Source: Lama guanicoe | Taxonomy: Eukaryota | Length of the DNA stretch: 64,000 bases | Reading direction: 5' to 3' | Assembly: GCA_013239625.1 (NCBI GenBank) | Contig: MU054187.1 | Span: 2,117,757 to 2,181,756 of the forward strand | Part shown: one piece after another, positions 25,216-37,330 of the stretch | Position numbering within the stretch: position 1 is the first letter of the stretch | How the letters are laid out: each line of letters starts with the position of its first letter | Notes under the pieces: model-generated | What the model was told of the DNA's origin: nothing | Seen by the model: the letters and a program-made list of their open reading frames with translations, nothing else | Database searches by the model: none | Translations under genes and position numbers: made by a program

Positions 25216-27489
25216 GATGCAGAGCCCACTCTGGGAGAATCACCCACACACCTCTTACCCAGACCCCCTTGTCGTTGGTCCTCCAGTCCTGTCCTTTCTC
25301 TGCCCTCACCATCCATTCACGCAGGAGATGCAGGCTAACACCTCCAGTCACTGGCCAGACCAGAGAAGGAAGACCAGTTTTCTTTCAAGTAACATGAAAG
25401 GTGGCTGAGAAATCAGGGAGTTAGGATTAAATTTTGCTGTGATTTTCTGAACACCTACCATGTGACTGGGCTATTCACCATGAGACACGAACAAGGTCAC
25501 GTTGTCCTTAAGAGGCCTACGTAAACGAGGATCAAAAACATCATTCTCTTCCACAGTGGGGATGGGCGTGATTTTGACATCTTTATCAAGCTGTTTGCTT
25601 TCTGAGATACACGGGTTAATGCCACCGAGGGCTGGACTCTAACAGGCTATTCTGTCTACTTCCGCATTTCACATGTTGCCTGTAGGAAAGCCCGCACATC
25701 TCTGTGGTCTCCTGAGGGCTCCGTTCTCATCTCCAGGATCAGACTTTCCAGCTGTCTCTTGAAAACCTCACCAAGAAATTCTTCATCACAAATGTAGCAA
25801 ATCCAAACGAACCCCTCACCTCAGTCTCCCACACACCACTCCCTTCATCTCTGGTTCTTTCTGGTCCAGATGTCTCCTTTTGTTTTTCCTCATCGTTGGT
25901 AAACGGCCCGTCATCATCTCAGTCTTCTGGAAGAGAAATGTCAAAATTAGTCTCTCTTCAAGGAACACCACACACTTTCCTGTCTCAGTCTTTTGTTCAC
26001 ACTCTTTGACCAGGACTGTCCTCCCCATTACATCCCCCCGAGACCAGCGACGCCTCTCCCGGTTGGCAAGAACAATTCTTCTCGTGGACTTCCACCAGAC
26101 GTTGCCCCAGCCCTTCTTTGTCTTTATCATGGTCCTTTGTCTTCAATGCATTTTCTAAAGTATGTTCTGAAGAATGCTCATCCCTTTGGGGAACCAAAAT
26201 CCAGAGAACTTTGCCCACCGCTGTTTGTCTTGGGATTCCTGATTTATGTTGGCATACTGAGGATTCGGGGAGGACCCACGATAGAGAAACTTACTCAGCC
26301 TTCGCGTACCAGTTCTCCCATTTTTCATTCGTGACACTGTCACCTTGCAGACCCCTTCTGCCCTGTACGAAGGCTGCTCTCTCCCCGTCCTGTTTCTCCA
26401 TATTCTGTACGTTATGTTATGCGTCATGGCTATCGGGGGCTGTTGGAGATGCTGTGTGTTCCTCCACACGCTGAAGCAGGCCAATCTCAGGCAACGTTTT
26501 GGTGACATTTCCTTCCAGGCAACTCTGCCGGAACCTTAACCAGGCCATCAGGAACGAAGGGAAATCCTTGATGAAGCTACCACCAGAAGGAGCTGACTGA
26601 GAAATTAGAAGTGCTTGGGGCCACTGTTAGTGAGAAAGGGGGGAAGATGAATAAACTATACCACAGAATTTTAGACAGAACAATGATAAACTCTTGGGTG
26701 AAAGAAGACATAAGAATTTAAGGTTCACTATTCAAACTAAATGTTAGAGCATTCGTCCTGTTGGATGGAGAGCTGACGAGTCAGCTGCATCCGAGAAGCT
26801 CCAACCTCCTGCAGGCGGTGGACTCACACGCTCACCTGGGGTGACGCTTGTTGGACGTGACTTGGCTGGTCGGTGCGTAGTCATGTAGGTACCATATTCC
26901 GAGACTTTGTGGTAACACGAGTGTGTGTGCCCCTGACCTGCCTTCTGTAGAGGTGACGAGGACTCATCGTCTATCAACATCTTAAATCGGTGTAGTCCGT
27001 TTCTTACAATTGATGAGGCACATTAAATAAATCACTATTAACCAAATCCCATAGTTTACATTAGGGTTCTCTCTTTGTCCTTTTTTTCCCCTGAGATTTG
27101 ATTAGTAAACTCGATGACCACTTTGCTCACTGTTCCTTTTAGTGAATCTCTCAAGATGCACAGAAGCCAGAAAGGGTCATCATGTGCTTCATGTCATCAA
27201 AAGCCATTTCATTTTGAAACAGTAATAACCAAGCAGCTCTAAGCAGCTTTATCCCCCTAAAATGAACACAGATAAATGCTGCAACTTATTTTATTGTGTG
27301 AAATGTCTTCCAAAGAACATCTGTGTAAACAGAGCAGCATTATGCATACACTTCCGCCCTCAGACTGGAGGCTGTCAGTGCCTTCGCTGCCCGTCACTCG
27401 GTCTTAATGGTGTTTTTGGCAAACAGAGTTCCAAAATGAAGACAAATTTTGACCAGTTTGTGTTTTTATTGCCTTATCTTCCTCAGCTG

Positions 27490-27855
27490 TAAGAGCAAAC
27501 TGATATCAGAGTGGTATCTGAGAAGAAAAGCATCTCCTTCTACTGTTTCTAAGTTCTTCTGACTGGCCCAAGAATTAAATTGACATGAGACAAATAAAAG
27601 GAGAAAATCAAGTTTAATTATGTGTGTACAGGGGGCCCGTGATGTGAGACCCAAGGATGAGTTGAGGTTTATATGGCCTCTGAGAGAAGGAGAAGGGGGT
27701 GGGGATGGGGGACTTCAACAGGGAGGAAGGTGATTCACATGGGGATGGAAAAGCAGATGTCTGGTAAACAGATGTTTGCTGGCCGGTGCAGGGACCTGGG
27801 ACACAGGGAGGACTCGGGCTCCAGGCCTGTGCAACTCCCCCTATACACCCAGCCT
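27490..27855 (-). mobile_element. ERV1-type LTR (MER34-group-like)
   Basis: aagaattaaattgacatgagacaaataaaaggagaaaatcaa is the reverse complement of the motif in the LTR at 54023-54542. Confidence 0.6.
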
Positions 27856-30000
27856 GTGTGAACTTTAGGATTTTTTTTCCACTTGTGTGAAAAAGTGCCG
27901 TTGGAATCTCAATAGGATTGCATTGAATCTGTAGAAACGCTTTGGGCAGTATGGACATTTTAACTATTAATTCTTCCAATTTATGAACATGGGTAACTTG
28001 TTCATTTACTTGTGTCTGCTTCAAATCTGTCCATCAGTGTCTTGTAGTTTTCAAAATCCTTCACCTCCTTAGTTGAATTCTTTGAGTTTTGACAGTTTTA
28101 TTTTAATATGTCTTGGAGAAAGTCTCTTTGGACTAAATTAATGAGATGATCTATTAGCTTCATGGACTGCAATGTCCAGATCTCTCCCCAGATTTGAGAC
28201 ATTCTCAGCCATTATTTCTCTAAGTAAGCGTTCTGCCTCCTTCACTTTCTTTTATTCTGGAACTTCAATAATTCAGAAGTTGGTTTTCCTTTTTTTAATT
28301 TATTTTATTTTATGTATTTTGGTTTTTTGGGGGAAGGACTATTAGCTTGCTTGCTTTCTCTTGATGGAGGCACTGGGGATTGGACCCAGGACCTCGTGCA
28401 TGCTAAGCATGTGCTTCAACACTGAATTATATACCCTCCCTGCAGAAACTGGTTTTTCTGATGGTGTCCCATAGATCATGCAGGCTTTCTTCACGCTCTC
28501 TCATTCTTACTTTTCTGCTCAGACTGGGTTATTTCAAAGCTCCTATCTTCTGTCTCACTGGTTCTTTCTTCTGTGTGGGCTCCTCTGTTGTTGATACTTT
28601 CTGTTGCATTTTTTTCATTCCATTCATGAATTCTTCATCTCCAGAATTTCTGTTGATTTTTTTATGGTTTTCATCTCTTTGTTAAATTTCCATCTTTTTG
28701 TTAAATTTTGATTACATCCCTGTTTATTCGATTTCATTCAGTTGCCTTTCTGTATTTTCTCGTAGCACATTGAGTTTCCCTGAAATAGCTGTTTTGATTT
28801 CTTTATCAGGCAAATCACAGGTAAATCTCCATGTCTTTGGGTTTGGTTAATAGGAGATTATTGTGATCCTTTGTGATTTCATGTTTCTTTGATTTTCATG
28901 TTCTTTGGAGTTTTGCATTGTTGTATTCAAATTTGAAGTAGCAGTCACCTCCTCCAGTGTTTACTAACTGCCTTCAGGGCAGAATTCCTTTCATCAGTCC
29001 TGCTATAGATTCTGAGGCTTTCTCTGACCTTGCATGGATACACCTGCTTCTCACTTCTTGCTCCCTCTTATGGCAGAAACCGTAAGCTTGTTGTCTTCTC
29101 CAGTCCTACCAAGCAGCAGAGGGGTGGCTGGTAGCCTCTGCTGTGCTCTTCTGATGGTGGCACACAGCCCAGCCACATTTGTGGTTTCTCCTTTGCCCAC
29201 AGACCCTGGCCTGCTTTCTGCCTGTGCTCCATACCCACCAGAGCTTGCTCTGCTCCCCACCCTCGGGGTGTGCACAGGGAGCCTCCTGTAGAGCATTAGT
29301 GGGGGTGTGTTGGATATACAATGTGCTGGGGCTGCCTGTGGGTGGTATTTCAGAGCCAGGCTTCCTGGTGGAGTCTGGGATGCAGTCAGCACGAACCATA
29401 TCCCTTTAGTGCCCCTGGGCATCTCATATGACACCCTCCCTATCTGCTCCCTCCTCCATCGTGGTCCTCCCTCTTCAGTGCTCTGAATGCTGAGGGAGAA
29501 ATGAGGCTCTTTGATAGCATCCTACACAGCTCAGAGAACCAGGAGCTCACTCACTGGCTCTCCCTTTCCCTTGTGGGAGAACTCACAGGCCGTCTAGCTT
29601 AGCCCTAAGCTGTGCCGCTTTGGCTGTGGGTGATGCCAGCAAAGGCAAGCTGTCCTCTTACCCACTTGAGTGCATCCATGCTTGTATTTTTTTCCCCTCC
29701 AGCACAGTGCTGGAACTTCTCTGGAAACCTGAACGTTCACAAAAGCTCTCTCCTCTGGAAGAGACCACCCAAGTCAGCGTTCTGCAGATGCTCCCAGACA
29801 GTGGCCAAGAAGGGCAAGAACCAGCTCTTACTGTCCTGGTGGTTCCACAGCTGGTGCCTCAGTCTGTCTGCCTATTACCCGATGCACCAGTGGGTGAGAC
29901 GGCCCCCAGGTCCCTTAGCATATGGTGCTTGGTCCCACAAATCCCACAGAGGCACTTCTGCTCATGGATGGATGCCAAATTCTTGCTGTTGAATGCGAAA
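27856..30000 (-). mobile_element. L1 fragments (ORF2, ORF1 and 5' UTR-like)
   Basis: ggattgcattgaatctgtag...cagtatggacattttaac (ORF2; ORF track KMSILPKA...), followed by T-rich antisense ORF1 and GC-richer 5' UTR-like sequence. Confidence 0.75.
28291..28441 (-). mobile_element. tRNA-derived SINE nested in an L1
   Basis: SINE body at 28363-28441 with a T-rich tail; degenerate TSD cagaa(gt/ac)tggtttt(c/t)ct. Confidence 0.85.
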
Positions 30001-30249
30001 ACAAGCCAGACTAAAAGTACCATTATCTCTAAGAAGACCCAACAACAAAAATGTTTAATCTTTTCAAGTATTTAGAGAGTATTTAAATTTTACACATTGT
30101 GATAACCTTATATATCCTTAAAGTATCTTTTGGTCTACAAGTTCCCTTTTCCATATCTTTTGCTTGCATCTACTATAATGGGTGATGCACAAATGATGCA
30201 CGATATATGGCAACTACATAAAACTGACTGTAGAAAAGAATCAAGACCG

Positions 30250-30875
30250 TTAATGAAAGAGTAATCCATAAAACTAATGCCTTTAATTCCGACTCCAAAA
30301 TGTGCTGTATAAACTGTCACAGTGAACTCACTGATGGGCGGACAGTAGTAGTTCAGACCCCAAACGTACCCCATGATAATACCGAGAGAACACAGCTGGC
30401 GCAGCTGTACTAATGTCAAACAAAGGAGACCCATCCAACCAGAAGTAGCAGCCCAGTTAAAGAATAGTATTTATAGCCGTAAGAGAGTCCATTCTACGGG
30501 GAAGATGACAATCTTAAACTTGTGTGCATCTAATACAACAGCATCAAATTACGTCATAAAAATCGGCGAAGCTAAAAGCCCAGAGAAACCCACATCTGTC
30601 TCAAAACCTACAGAACAGCCAGATAAAAATACTGAGAAGATTTAAACAACACAAGAATAAATCTGACAGAGGTAGAGTTTTGCACCCAACAAACGCAGAA
30701 CACACATTATTTTCAAGTAAACATGAAATAATCAGAAAACAAACTATATACCGATTAATGTTTCAACAAATGGCAATGAACTGAAATCATATTATTTCTC
30801 TGTCCACATGTAATTAAGCTAGAAATCAATAATTAAAAAGCTAGAAAGACCTCCAAGTGTTTGAAAATTAAGCAG
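30250..30875 (+). mobile_element. Old L1 ORF2 endonuclease-region fragment
   Basis: A-rich; acaatcttaaacttgtgtgcatctaat (TILNL.A.N), ttgcacccaacaaacgcagaacacacatt, aattaagctagaaatcaataa. Confidence 0.7.
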
Positions 30876-31899
30876 CCGTATACGTACAGGTGTGTGTATG
30901 CACGAGACACACAGACACATGCATACGTATATACACGTGTGTATTATATATACATTATATATATATATCTCACATGTAATTTTTCTTTTTTGTTTCACTC
31001 AACTTTCTATGGTGTCTTCTCAAATATTCTTGCTCATGTACATAGCCCGAGTTGCCTGTCATTTTCTTCACGCAAAGCATGAAACTGCAGAGAAGCCAAA
31101 ATTATGTAGATTCTAGTAAAAAAAAAAAAAAAAGAGGACTGAGTGCATGCCCCCCAGAGGTTTGGCCCCTTCCAATCAGCCTCCTTCCAGTCTCCTCAGC
31201 GTCTCAGGCTCGTTCTTCACAAACGCTTCCTGAAGGACCAGAGGCGCACGTTGGGGGGTTTTGCCGGCGCCTGCCAAAAGGAGGATTACTGAAGGGGTGC
31301 AAGACAGACTCCTCTGCTTTAATTTGCTGGGTCTCCCGAAGGAACGAAGTAGGCATGGGAGAGGACTAATACTGATTTTTTCATTGGGTCCTCAAAGGGG
31401 AGGTGCCTGCAGTAAGTTCCCCTTAACAGTGGAAGACGTCGCGGCTCCGGGAGATGGAGGCCAGGTCCCGCTGCTCCGCCGGCCTTGGCAAGAGCGCTGC
31501 GGCGGCGGGTAGTTGTATTCAGAGGACAACCAGGAGCAGTCTGTGTTCATGTCAGGCCATACACATACACACACGTTCCTAACAATCTTGCAGCCTTGTG
31601 GGGAGCTGAGTAACATAAAGCGGGCGATTTGCATTCTAGGCTTGCCGTCACGTCCCCCATCTGTGTAGCCATGCAGAAGGAACGTAACTTAAGTTTAGAG
31701 CTACATCAGTCCATTGCGGATGTGGTGGTAAAAATATGGACTGGGAGCCTCAGCTCCTGCTCTCCTTTTAAAACAGGCCGTTAACACCCTTTCTCTTCCA
31801 TTGAATTCTTAACCAGGAGCGCTTTTCATTAATTCAAACGGGGTGAGGTCACACTACTGGAACGAAGAGAGGAATTCTTTAATTTTCGGGTCGTGCTGC

Positions 31900-32045
31900 T
31901 CTCGGTCCGGCTGTAGCGCGGGCGGCCGCCTCGGGGCGCACGCGGGGAGCGGACGCGCAGCCGGTGGCGCCGCAGCCTCCCCGGCATCCGCCGGCCCCTC
32001 TGCTGACCGTGCGGAAGGGGCAGACCCTGCCCCTGGACCCGCCAG
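31900..32045 (+). other. NPBWR1: Probable non-coding first exon of NPBWR1 (predicted intron 32046-32371)
   Basis: Donor CAG|GTGAGA at 32046 and acceptor tgtgcttccag|G ending at 32371. A strong alternative donor AAG|GTAAGG lies at 32198. The transcription start is not determinable from sequence. Confidence 0.55.
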
Positions 32046-32546
32046 GTGAGACAGAGGCTGCTGTTGGGGTCGCAGTTAGCAGGGCGCGCGGGACCTCGGG
32101 GGACAGAAGCTGGCCGCTGCAGGATTCGCTGGGGTGACCTCCCCGGGGCGGGGTGGGGCTAAAGCAGGGGAAGTGGGTTTCTGTTTTTCCTATAAAGGTA
32201 AGGACTCTTCTCCCAGCACTTCGTTTGATGCAGCCAACAGGTCAGAATAAGATTTCAACAAGTAGCAGAGAGCGATCACGTGGGGCCGGCTGGGCGCCGC
32301 GCCGCCTCCTCCCCTCGGAACCGCACTTCTTCCCGGAGCTGCACGTCGACGAGCCGTGCCTGTGCTTCCAGGTCCGCTTTGCAGCCCCGGAGTCCGCGGC
32401 GCGGGTGTTCAGGGAGGGCGGCGGGAACGCGCCTTCCGCGGAAGGCCGGAGACGGGCTCGGAGCGCGGGTGGGGTCCCCGAGAGCGCAGAGCCCGGCAGG
32501 GCGGCGGAGGAAGAGACAGAGCCGCCCGCCCCCCGCCCTCGCCAGG

Positions 32547-33536
32547 ATGCACAACGCGTCGTCCTGGGGGCCGGGGCGCGCCAACGCGTCGTGCCCCGGG
32601 CCAGCGCTCGCCTGCCCCAACGCGTCCGGCCTGCCGCCGCCGCTGCCCACGCCGCTGGCCGTGGCCGTGCCGGTCGTGTACGCGGTGATCTGCGCGGTGG
32701 GGCTGGCGGGCAACTCGGCGGTGCTGTGCGTGCTGCTGCGGGCGCCCCGCATGAAGACGGTCACCAACCTGTTTATCCTCAACCTGGCCGTGGCCGACGA
32801 GCTTTTCACGCTCGTGCTGCCCATCAACATCGCCGACTTCCTGCTGCGGCAGTGGCCTTTCGGGGAGCTCATGTGCAAGCTCATCGTGGCCATCGACCAG
32901 TACAACACCTTCTCCAGCCTCTACTTCCTCGCCGTCATGAGCGCCGACCGCTACCTGGTGGTGCTGGCCACGGCCCAGTCGCGCCGGGTGGCGGGCCGCA
33001 CGTACGGGGCCGCGCGCGCGGTGAGCCTGGCCGTGTGGGGGCTCGTGACGCTGGTCGTGCTGCCCTTCGCCGTCTTCGCCGGGCTGGACGACGAGCAGGG
33101 CCGGCGCCAGTGCGTGCTGGTCTTCCCGCAGCCCGAGGCGTTCTGGTGGCGCGCCAGCCGCCTCTACACGCTGGTGCTGGGCTTCGCCATCCCCGTGTCC
33201 ACCATCTGCGCCCTCTACACCGCGCTGCTCTGCCGCCTGCGCTCCATACGCCTCGACAGCCACGCCAGGGCCCTGGACCGCGCGAAGAAGCGGGTGACAG
33301 TCTTGGTGGTGGCGATCCTGGCCGCGTGCCTCCTCTGCTGGACGCCCTACCACCTGAGCACGGTGGTGGCGCTCACCACCGACCTCCCGCAGACGCCGCT
33401 GGTCATCGCGGCCTCCTACTTAATCACCAGCCTGAGCTACGCTAACAGCTGCCTCAACCCCTTCCTCTACGCCTTCCTGGACGACGGCTTCCGCAGGAAC
33501 CTCCGCCAGCTGCTGGCGTGCCGCGCCGCCGCCTGA
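32547..33536 (+). CDS. NPBWR1: Neuropeptide B/W receptor type 1 (GPR7), class A GPCR, single coding exon, 329 aa
   Basis: ATG at 32547 (gccaggATG, A at -3) inside the 32280-33536 ORF. Translation MHNASSWGPG...LAVAVPVVYAVICAVGLAGNSAVL...MKTVTNLFILNLAVADELFTLVLPINIADFLLRQWPFGELMCKL...SADRY...CWTPYHLSTVVALTTDLPQTPLV...NSCLNPFLYAFLD...CRAAA. It has seven hydrophobic segments, DRY, CWxP and NPxxY motifs and three N-terminal NAS sequons, and closely matches mammalian NPBWR1 as I recall it. Confidence 0.97.
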   Translation: MHNASSWGPGRANASCPGPALACPNASGLPPPLPTPLAVAVPVVYAVICAVGLAGNSAVLCVLLRAPRMKTVTNLFILNLAVADELFTLVLPINIADFLLRQWPFGELMCKLIVAIDQYNTFSSLYFLAVMSADRYLVVLATAQSRRVAGRTYGAARAVSLAVWGLVTLVVLPFAVFAGLDDEQGRRQCVLVFPQPEAFWWRASRLYTLVLGFAIPVSTICALYTALLCRLRSIRLDSHARALDRAKKRVTVLVVAILAACLLCWTPYHLSTVVALTTDLPQTPLVIAASYLITSLSYANSCLNPFLYAFLDDGFRRNLRQLLACRAAA

Positions 33537-34439
33537 GCCCGCGCGCGAGGGGCCGGCGCCCCGGCGCTCAGGGTGGTCCCTGACCCGCAGCCTCCCCACC
33601 CCCAGCCCCACTCCCAACTTGCTGAAGATGCTGATTCTCGGGCTCCTCCCCAGACCTACTGACTGGGACGCGCTGTGGCTGCGCCCGCAGTTTGAATTTG
33701 CAAAGCCCTCCTGGTGATGCGGGAGCACGCGGAGTGTGAGGCTCTTAGCGGCTGAGAGCGCACAGACAGCTCCTTAATGCCAAACGGCACCGAAGCGACT
33801 CCCAGCTTGACATAGGAGAGGAGGAGGGAGAGGAGGAGGGGGAGGAGAAGGGGGCAGAACTGCTGGGACCCTCTTCCCGTTCCCCTCCTGTCTCTCGCCC
33901 AAGCCATCCTCGGCCCGGCTCTCCGGGGACCCGCTGGCCTCTGCACTTGGCTTCTCCGGATTCCTGCACCGGCCGCCTGCGCTTTTGCTCAAGCTGCCGA
34001 GCAGCCTGGACTGGGCCCCTAGCCCCTCTCTGCGCGCTCCCACCGCTGGAGAAAGAGGGTCAGGGCGGTCGCTCCCACCCCCACCCCCGCCAGGTGCGGA
34101 GAGATGCCGAGGCCGCCTGGGTCTTTGACGAGGGGACACGTGAAGCTCGGGTGGGCGGGCAGGGTGAGTGTGTGTGTGTTTGCACGTGTTTGCGCGCGCG
34201 TCCAGCGCAGGCCCGCGGTTTGGGTGAAGAAGGATGGAATTTGGCCGTGATGCCCACACAACAGTGATGTGAGAAGAACGGTGATAATTCTCCTTCCTGT
34301 TCCAGTCCCTTCTTTCTTTGCCCTTCCGCACTCCCACCCCTGCTGTCACCAGGAAGCCCTCCACTCCTCTCGGACTGCAGGGACCCGGCTGCCAGGCTCG
34401 GGAACGGCCGGGAGCCCAGAGACCCCCGAGCCGCGGTTG

Positions 34440-34458
34440 CGGCGCCCCCTGGCGGAGC
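34440..34458 (-). promoter_or_regulatory. CTCF core motif
   Basis: Minus strand reads TCCGCCAGGGGGCGCC, matching the CCRSYAGRKGGCRS core; it lies at the 3' edge of the NPBWR1 CpG island. Confidence 0.7.
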
Positions 34459-35158
34459 CGGCTGCCGGCGCGGCGCGTCCTAAAACAGCTGCGCGTGCAG
34501 GTGCGCGCACCTGCTCTTTACGGGACTTGGTTGCTGTCATCACCTCTCTCCAGAGGGCCTCCCTCCCCCACGCCCCTCTGCCCCCGTCGACCTCTCATAC
34601 CACTTGGAGCAGTTACTTGCTATTCTTCGTGAGAGCATTGTTTTTCAAGTCTGAGAACTTTATGAACAGCTATGTCCTAGTCTCACAGTTTTTGTGAGGA
34701 GTTGAGATCAAGAGGAAATGCGTGTCCGTTCCTCTCTCCTCGTAGCCTGCATCCTCTCCTCCTTAGGGGGAGCCAGGAGGCTGAAATGATTGGCACCCTC
34801 GTCTTTCCCTCTCCTGGCTTCCTTTCCTCAGGGAGCTATGGATTGTTTGTACTAAATCCCTCGCTTAGTCCCAGATGGCAACTGGTAGATGTCTGATCTG
34901 GTCCGACAAGGGAAACCCGACAGCAGCCTGTCTTTACGTCTATTGATGGGAGACAGCAGTGGGTTGAGACAGAGGACGGACCCTTGGGCCTGCCCAGCCA
35001 CAGACAGTTTGCACTCAGACGTGAGGGCAGAGCCTTAACCAGGCTGTGGTCATTGATCACAATATTTGAAAAGGTGTTTTTTTCCCCCTTTGGGATGAAT
35101 TCCAAACAACAGTGAAAATTTCTAAAAGTATCTGTTTCCTGTGGTCAGTATGATGGGT

Positions 35159-35164
35159 AATAAA
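35159..35164 (+). terminator. Candidate polyadenylation signal for NPBWR1
   Basis: First AATAAA I see downstream of the stop codon, followed by GT-rich sequence; a second AATAAA is at 36330. Confidence 0.4.
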
Positions 35165-36699
35165 GTGTATGAGTGTTGCTGGCAGGAGATTTTGACTTAG
35201 TTTGATGGACATTAACCAATTTCTCAATTACTTACTTTCAAAAAACTTTAGACAAAATAGGTGGAAAGGTAAAACTCTCCCTTAGGTCGGGGGAAGCAAA
35301 CTCACTCCCTGATTTTTGTAAATAACAATTGCTTCCTTAGCTCTTAAAGCAATTAGGAGCAATGGGGTTATTCGTAGCTATCAGTTTAGAAAATGTAAAT
35401 GTAGAAACCTACTTTGAATGACAAATAATAGTAAAATTTTAAGAAATGGTTTTTCATCTCCAGTGCATTTTGAATGATACACATTATGGCATTTAGACAG
35501 TCCTCTGCTGGCCGGCTTCAGAAGCCTCTTGGAATTCATTTTCGTATCTTTCACATTTCTTGGAAATGTTCTCTTGATTTTTTTGTGACTCACAACATTA
35601 TTTTTTTGATCCTCAGTAATCTTTCCAAATTAAAATTTTAAGCTTAGGACAATGGCTGCATTCTCTAAGGTGATGGACACAAAGAGTAAAGTGGACATTT
35701 GGCCACAAACAGCCAAGTGTGATGATCTGGATTTGAAACCTCATCTGTCTTCATAAACCCAGGGGCTGTACTTTGACATCTTCTGGATGCACAGATCAGG
35801 GAGAGCCGTGTGAGCTATCTGTCCACTACATCATCCCTACGGCAGATCAGCCTGACTGTCTTGGAATCTACCAAGAAGACTGCTGGAGAAACAGGGCTGT
35901 GTTGTCCACAGCAAGGCACGGATTGGCATCCCCGTAGGGTGTGTGTGTGATTAAACAGGATCCAGGACTTCAGTTTCATCCCGGCTTCCTAAATCACTGG
36001 ATAAACTGTTGTGTCATTATTTCTAGATTGTTGCCTTCCTATTAGCATGTAGAAGTCTGAATCGTAAGTCTCAGACTTCCTTCCCATGATTTAGGTCCTA
36101 GGTAGCATAAATATGCCAGAGCAGAGTTAACTCATGTCACTGCATTGCAAAGGTTTTAGCTCTGTGTTGAATTTTTGCTGTCTTCCTATGAACTGTGCTG
36201 TTCGGTTGTACCACTTCCGGCATTTAAAAGTGTCCATTTAGTCTCACTTAACTTAGTACAGTTATGTAATGTACGTGCTGAGATGTTATTTTGAGAAATG
36301 CAGGAACTCTGCAGAGAAGCTCTGTTTAAAATAAAAGCTGAAACATTCTGTGTGGTGAGTGAATATTCTATTTCTCGAGAACATGGTGTAACTGAGCAGT
36401 GCCCTCTGGGGCCTTCCTGGAACAGACAACCCCCACCACCTCCACGACACACATTCATACTCCCTCAGTCCTTGTCGGCCTCTTGTAGAAAAACTGTAGT
36501 CTCCTAGGCTTCCCCAAGTTCCAAAAAGTACATTTAACCAGAGAAATGAGAAAATGCGGAAAGAAAGAAAACACATCCCAGAACACACAGACGTGTATGC
36601 ACATACACACGTGTGTACATATGTGTATGTATATATCTCGCATTATAACATACACAGCATCGCTGTTTTTAACTGTCACTTAATCAAACCTTTGACTAA

Positions 36700-37330
36700 C
36701 TTCTGGTTAACAGAGAAAAACTAGGGCTAGAGGACTAGAGAAGAGACTGCCACGAAGGAAAACAATCACTCAAATCAGAGTGGACGGCAGTTCTGAAAGA
36801 TAACTGTCTGGCTGAATTCCCCCCAAAGTCGCCGTGACACACACCTGCAAGAGATGAGGGAGACATGCTACGTTAAAAGAAGCTAAAGAAAAATAATGCT
36901 CAGGGGCAACGCACACACATTGACCAGCTCCTGACTTGAAATATCAGCGCTAAAAGAGCTTTTGTGAACAATTCAGGAGATTTGAATATGTATTGGATTT
37001 TTTAAATTATTAGGGATTTGGGGGTAATTTCTTGAGTTGCGGTATGATATTGTGATTCTATAGGAGAACTTCTCTATTCTTAGGATATGAAGATAGAAAC
37101 ATTTAGGGACGAAGTGTCATAATACCTGTTATTTGCTTTCAAATTATTTGGCAAGGTACCTGTGTGTACATTTATATTGCTATAAAAACAAAGCAAATAC
37201 ATCAAAATATTTACAGGTAAAGGGAAAACATGCTCACTGTACCTCTGTTTTGGCTTTTCTGTACAATTAAGCACTTTCATAAACCCTTCTGTACATTTAT
37301 CTTTCATACTTTTTCTGTATGTTTAAACAC
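36700..37330 (+). mobile_element. Old L1 (L1MC/ME-like) 3' region
   Basis: acaattcaggagatttgaatatg...gaaacatttagggacgaagtgtcataat...atttgctttcaaatt. Confidence 0.55.

Larger units (their letters stand above)
31200..34600. promoter_or_regulatory. CpG island covering the NPBWR1 promoter, CDS and proximal 3' UTR
   Basis: Very high GC content and dense CpG (gcggccgc, cgcg runs) over 31900-33600 and 33900-34560, with a CpG shoulder at 31200-31510. Confidence 0.9.

Noticed and set aside
32280..32546. 418-aa version of NPBWR1 starting at 32280
   Set aside because: The start is a GTG inside the predicted intron; receptor homology begins at ATG 32547.
32409..33353. 314-aa and 210-aa antisense ORFs over NPBWR1
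   Set aside because: Antisense shadows caused by GC-rich codon usage; no recognisable protein.
32153..33445. 430-aa alternative-frame ORF overlapping NPBWR1
   Set aside because: Arg/Ala/Gly/Pro-rich, GTG start, no domain; an expected shadow of a CDS with very high third-position GC.
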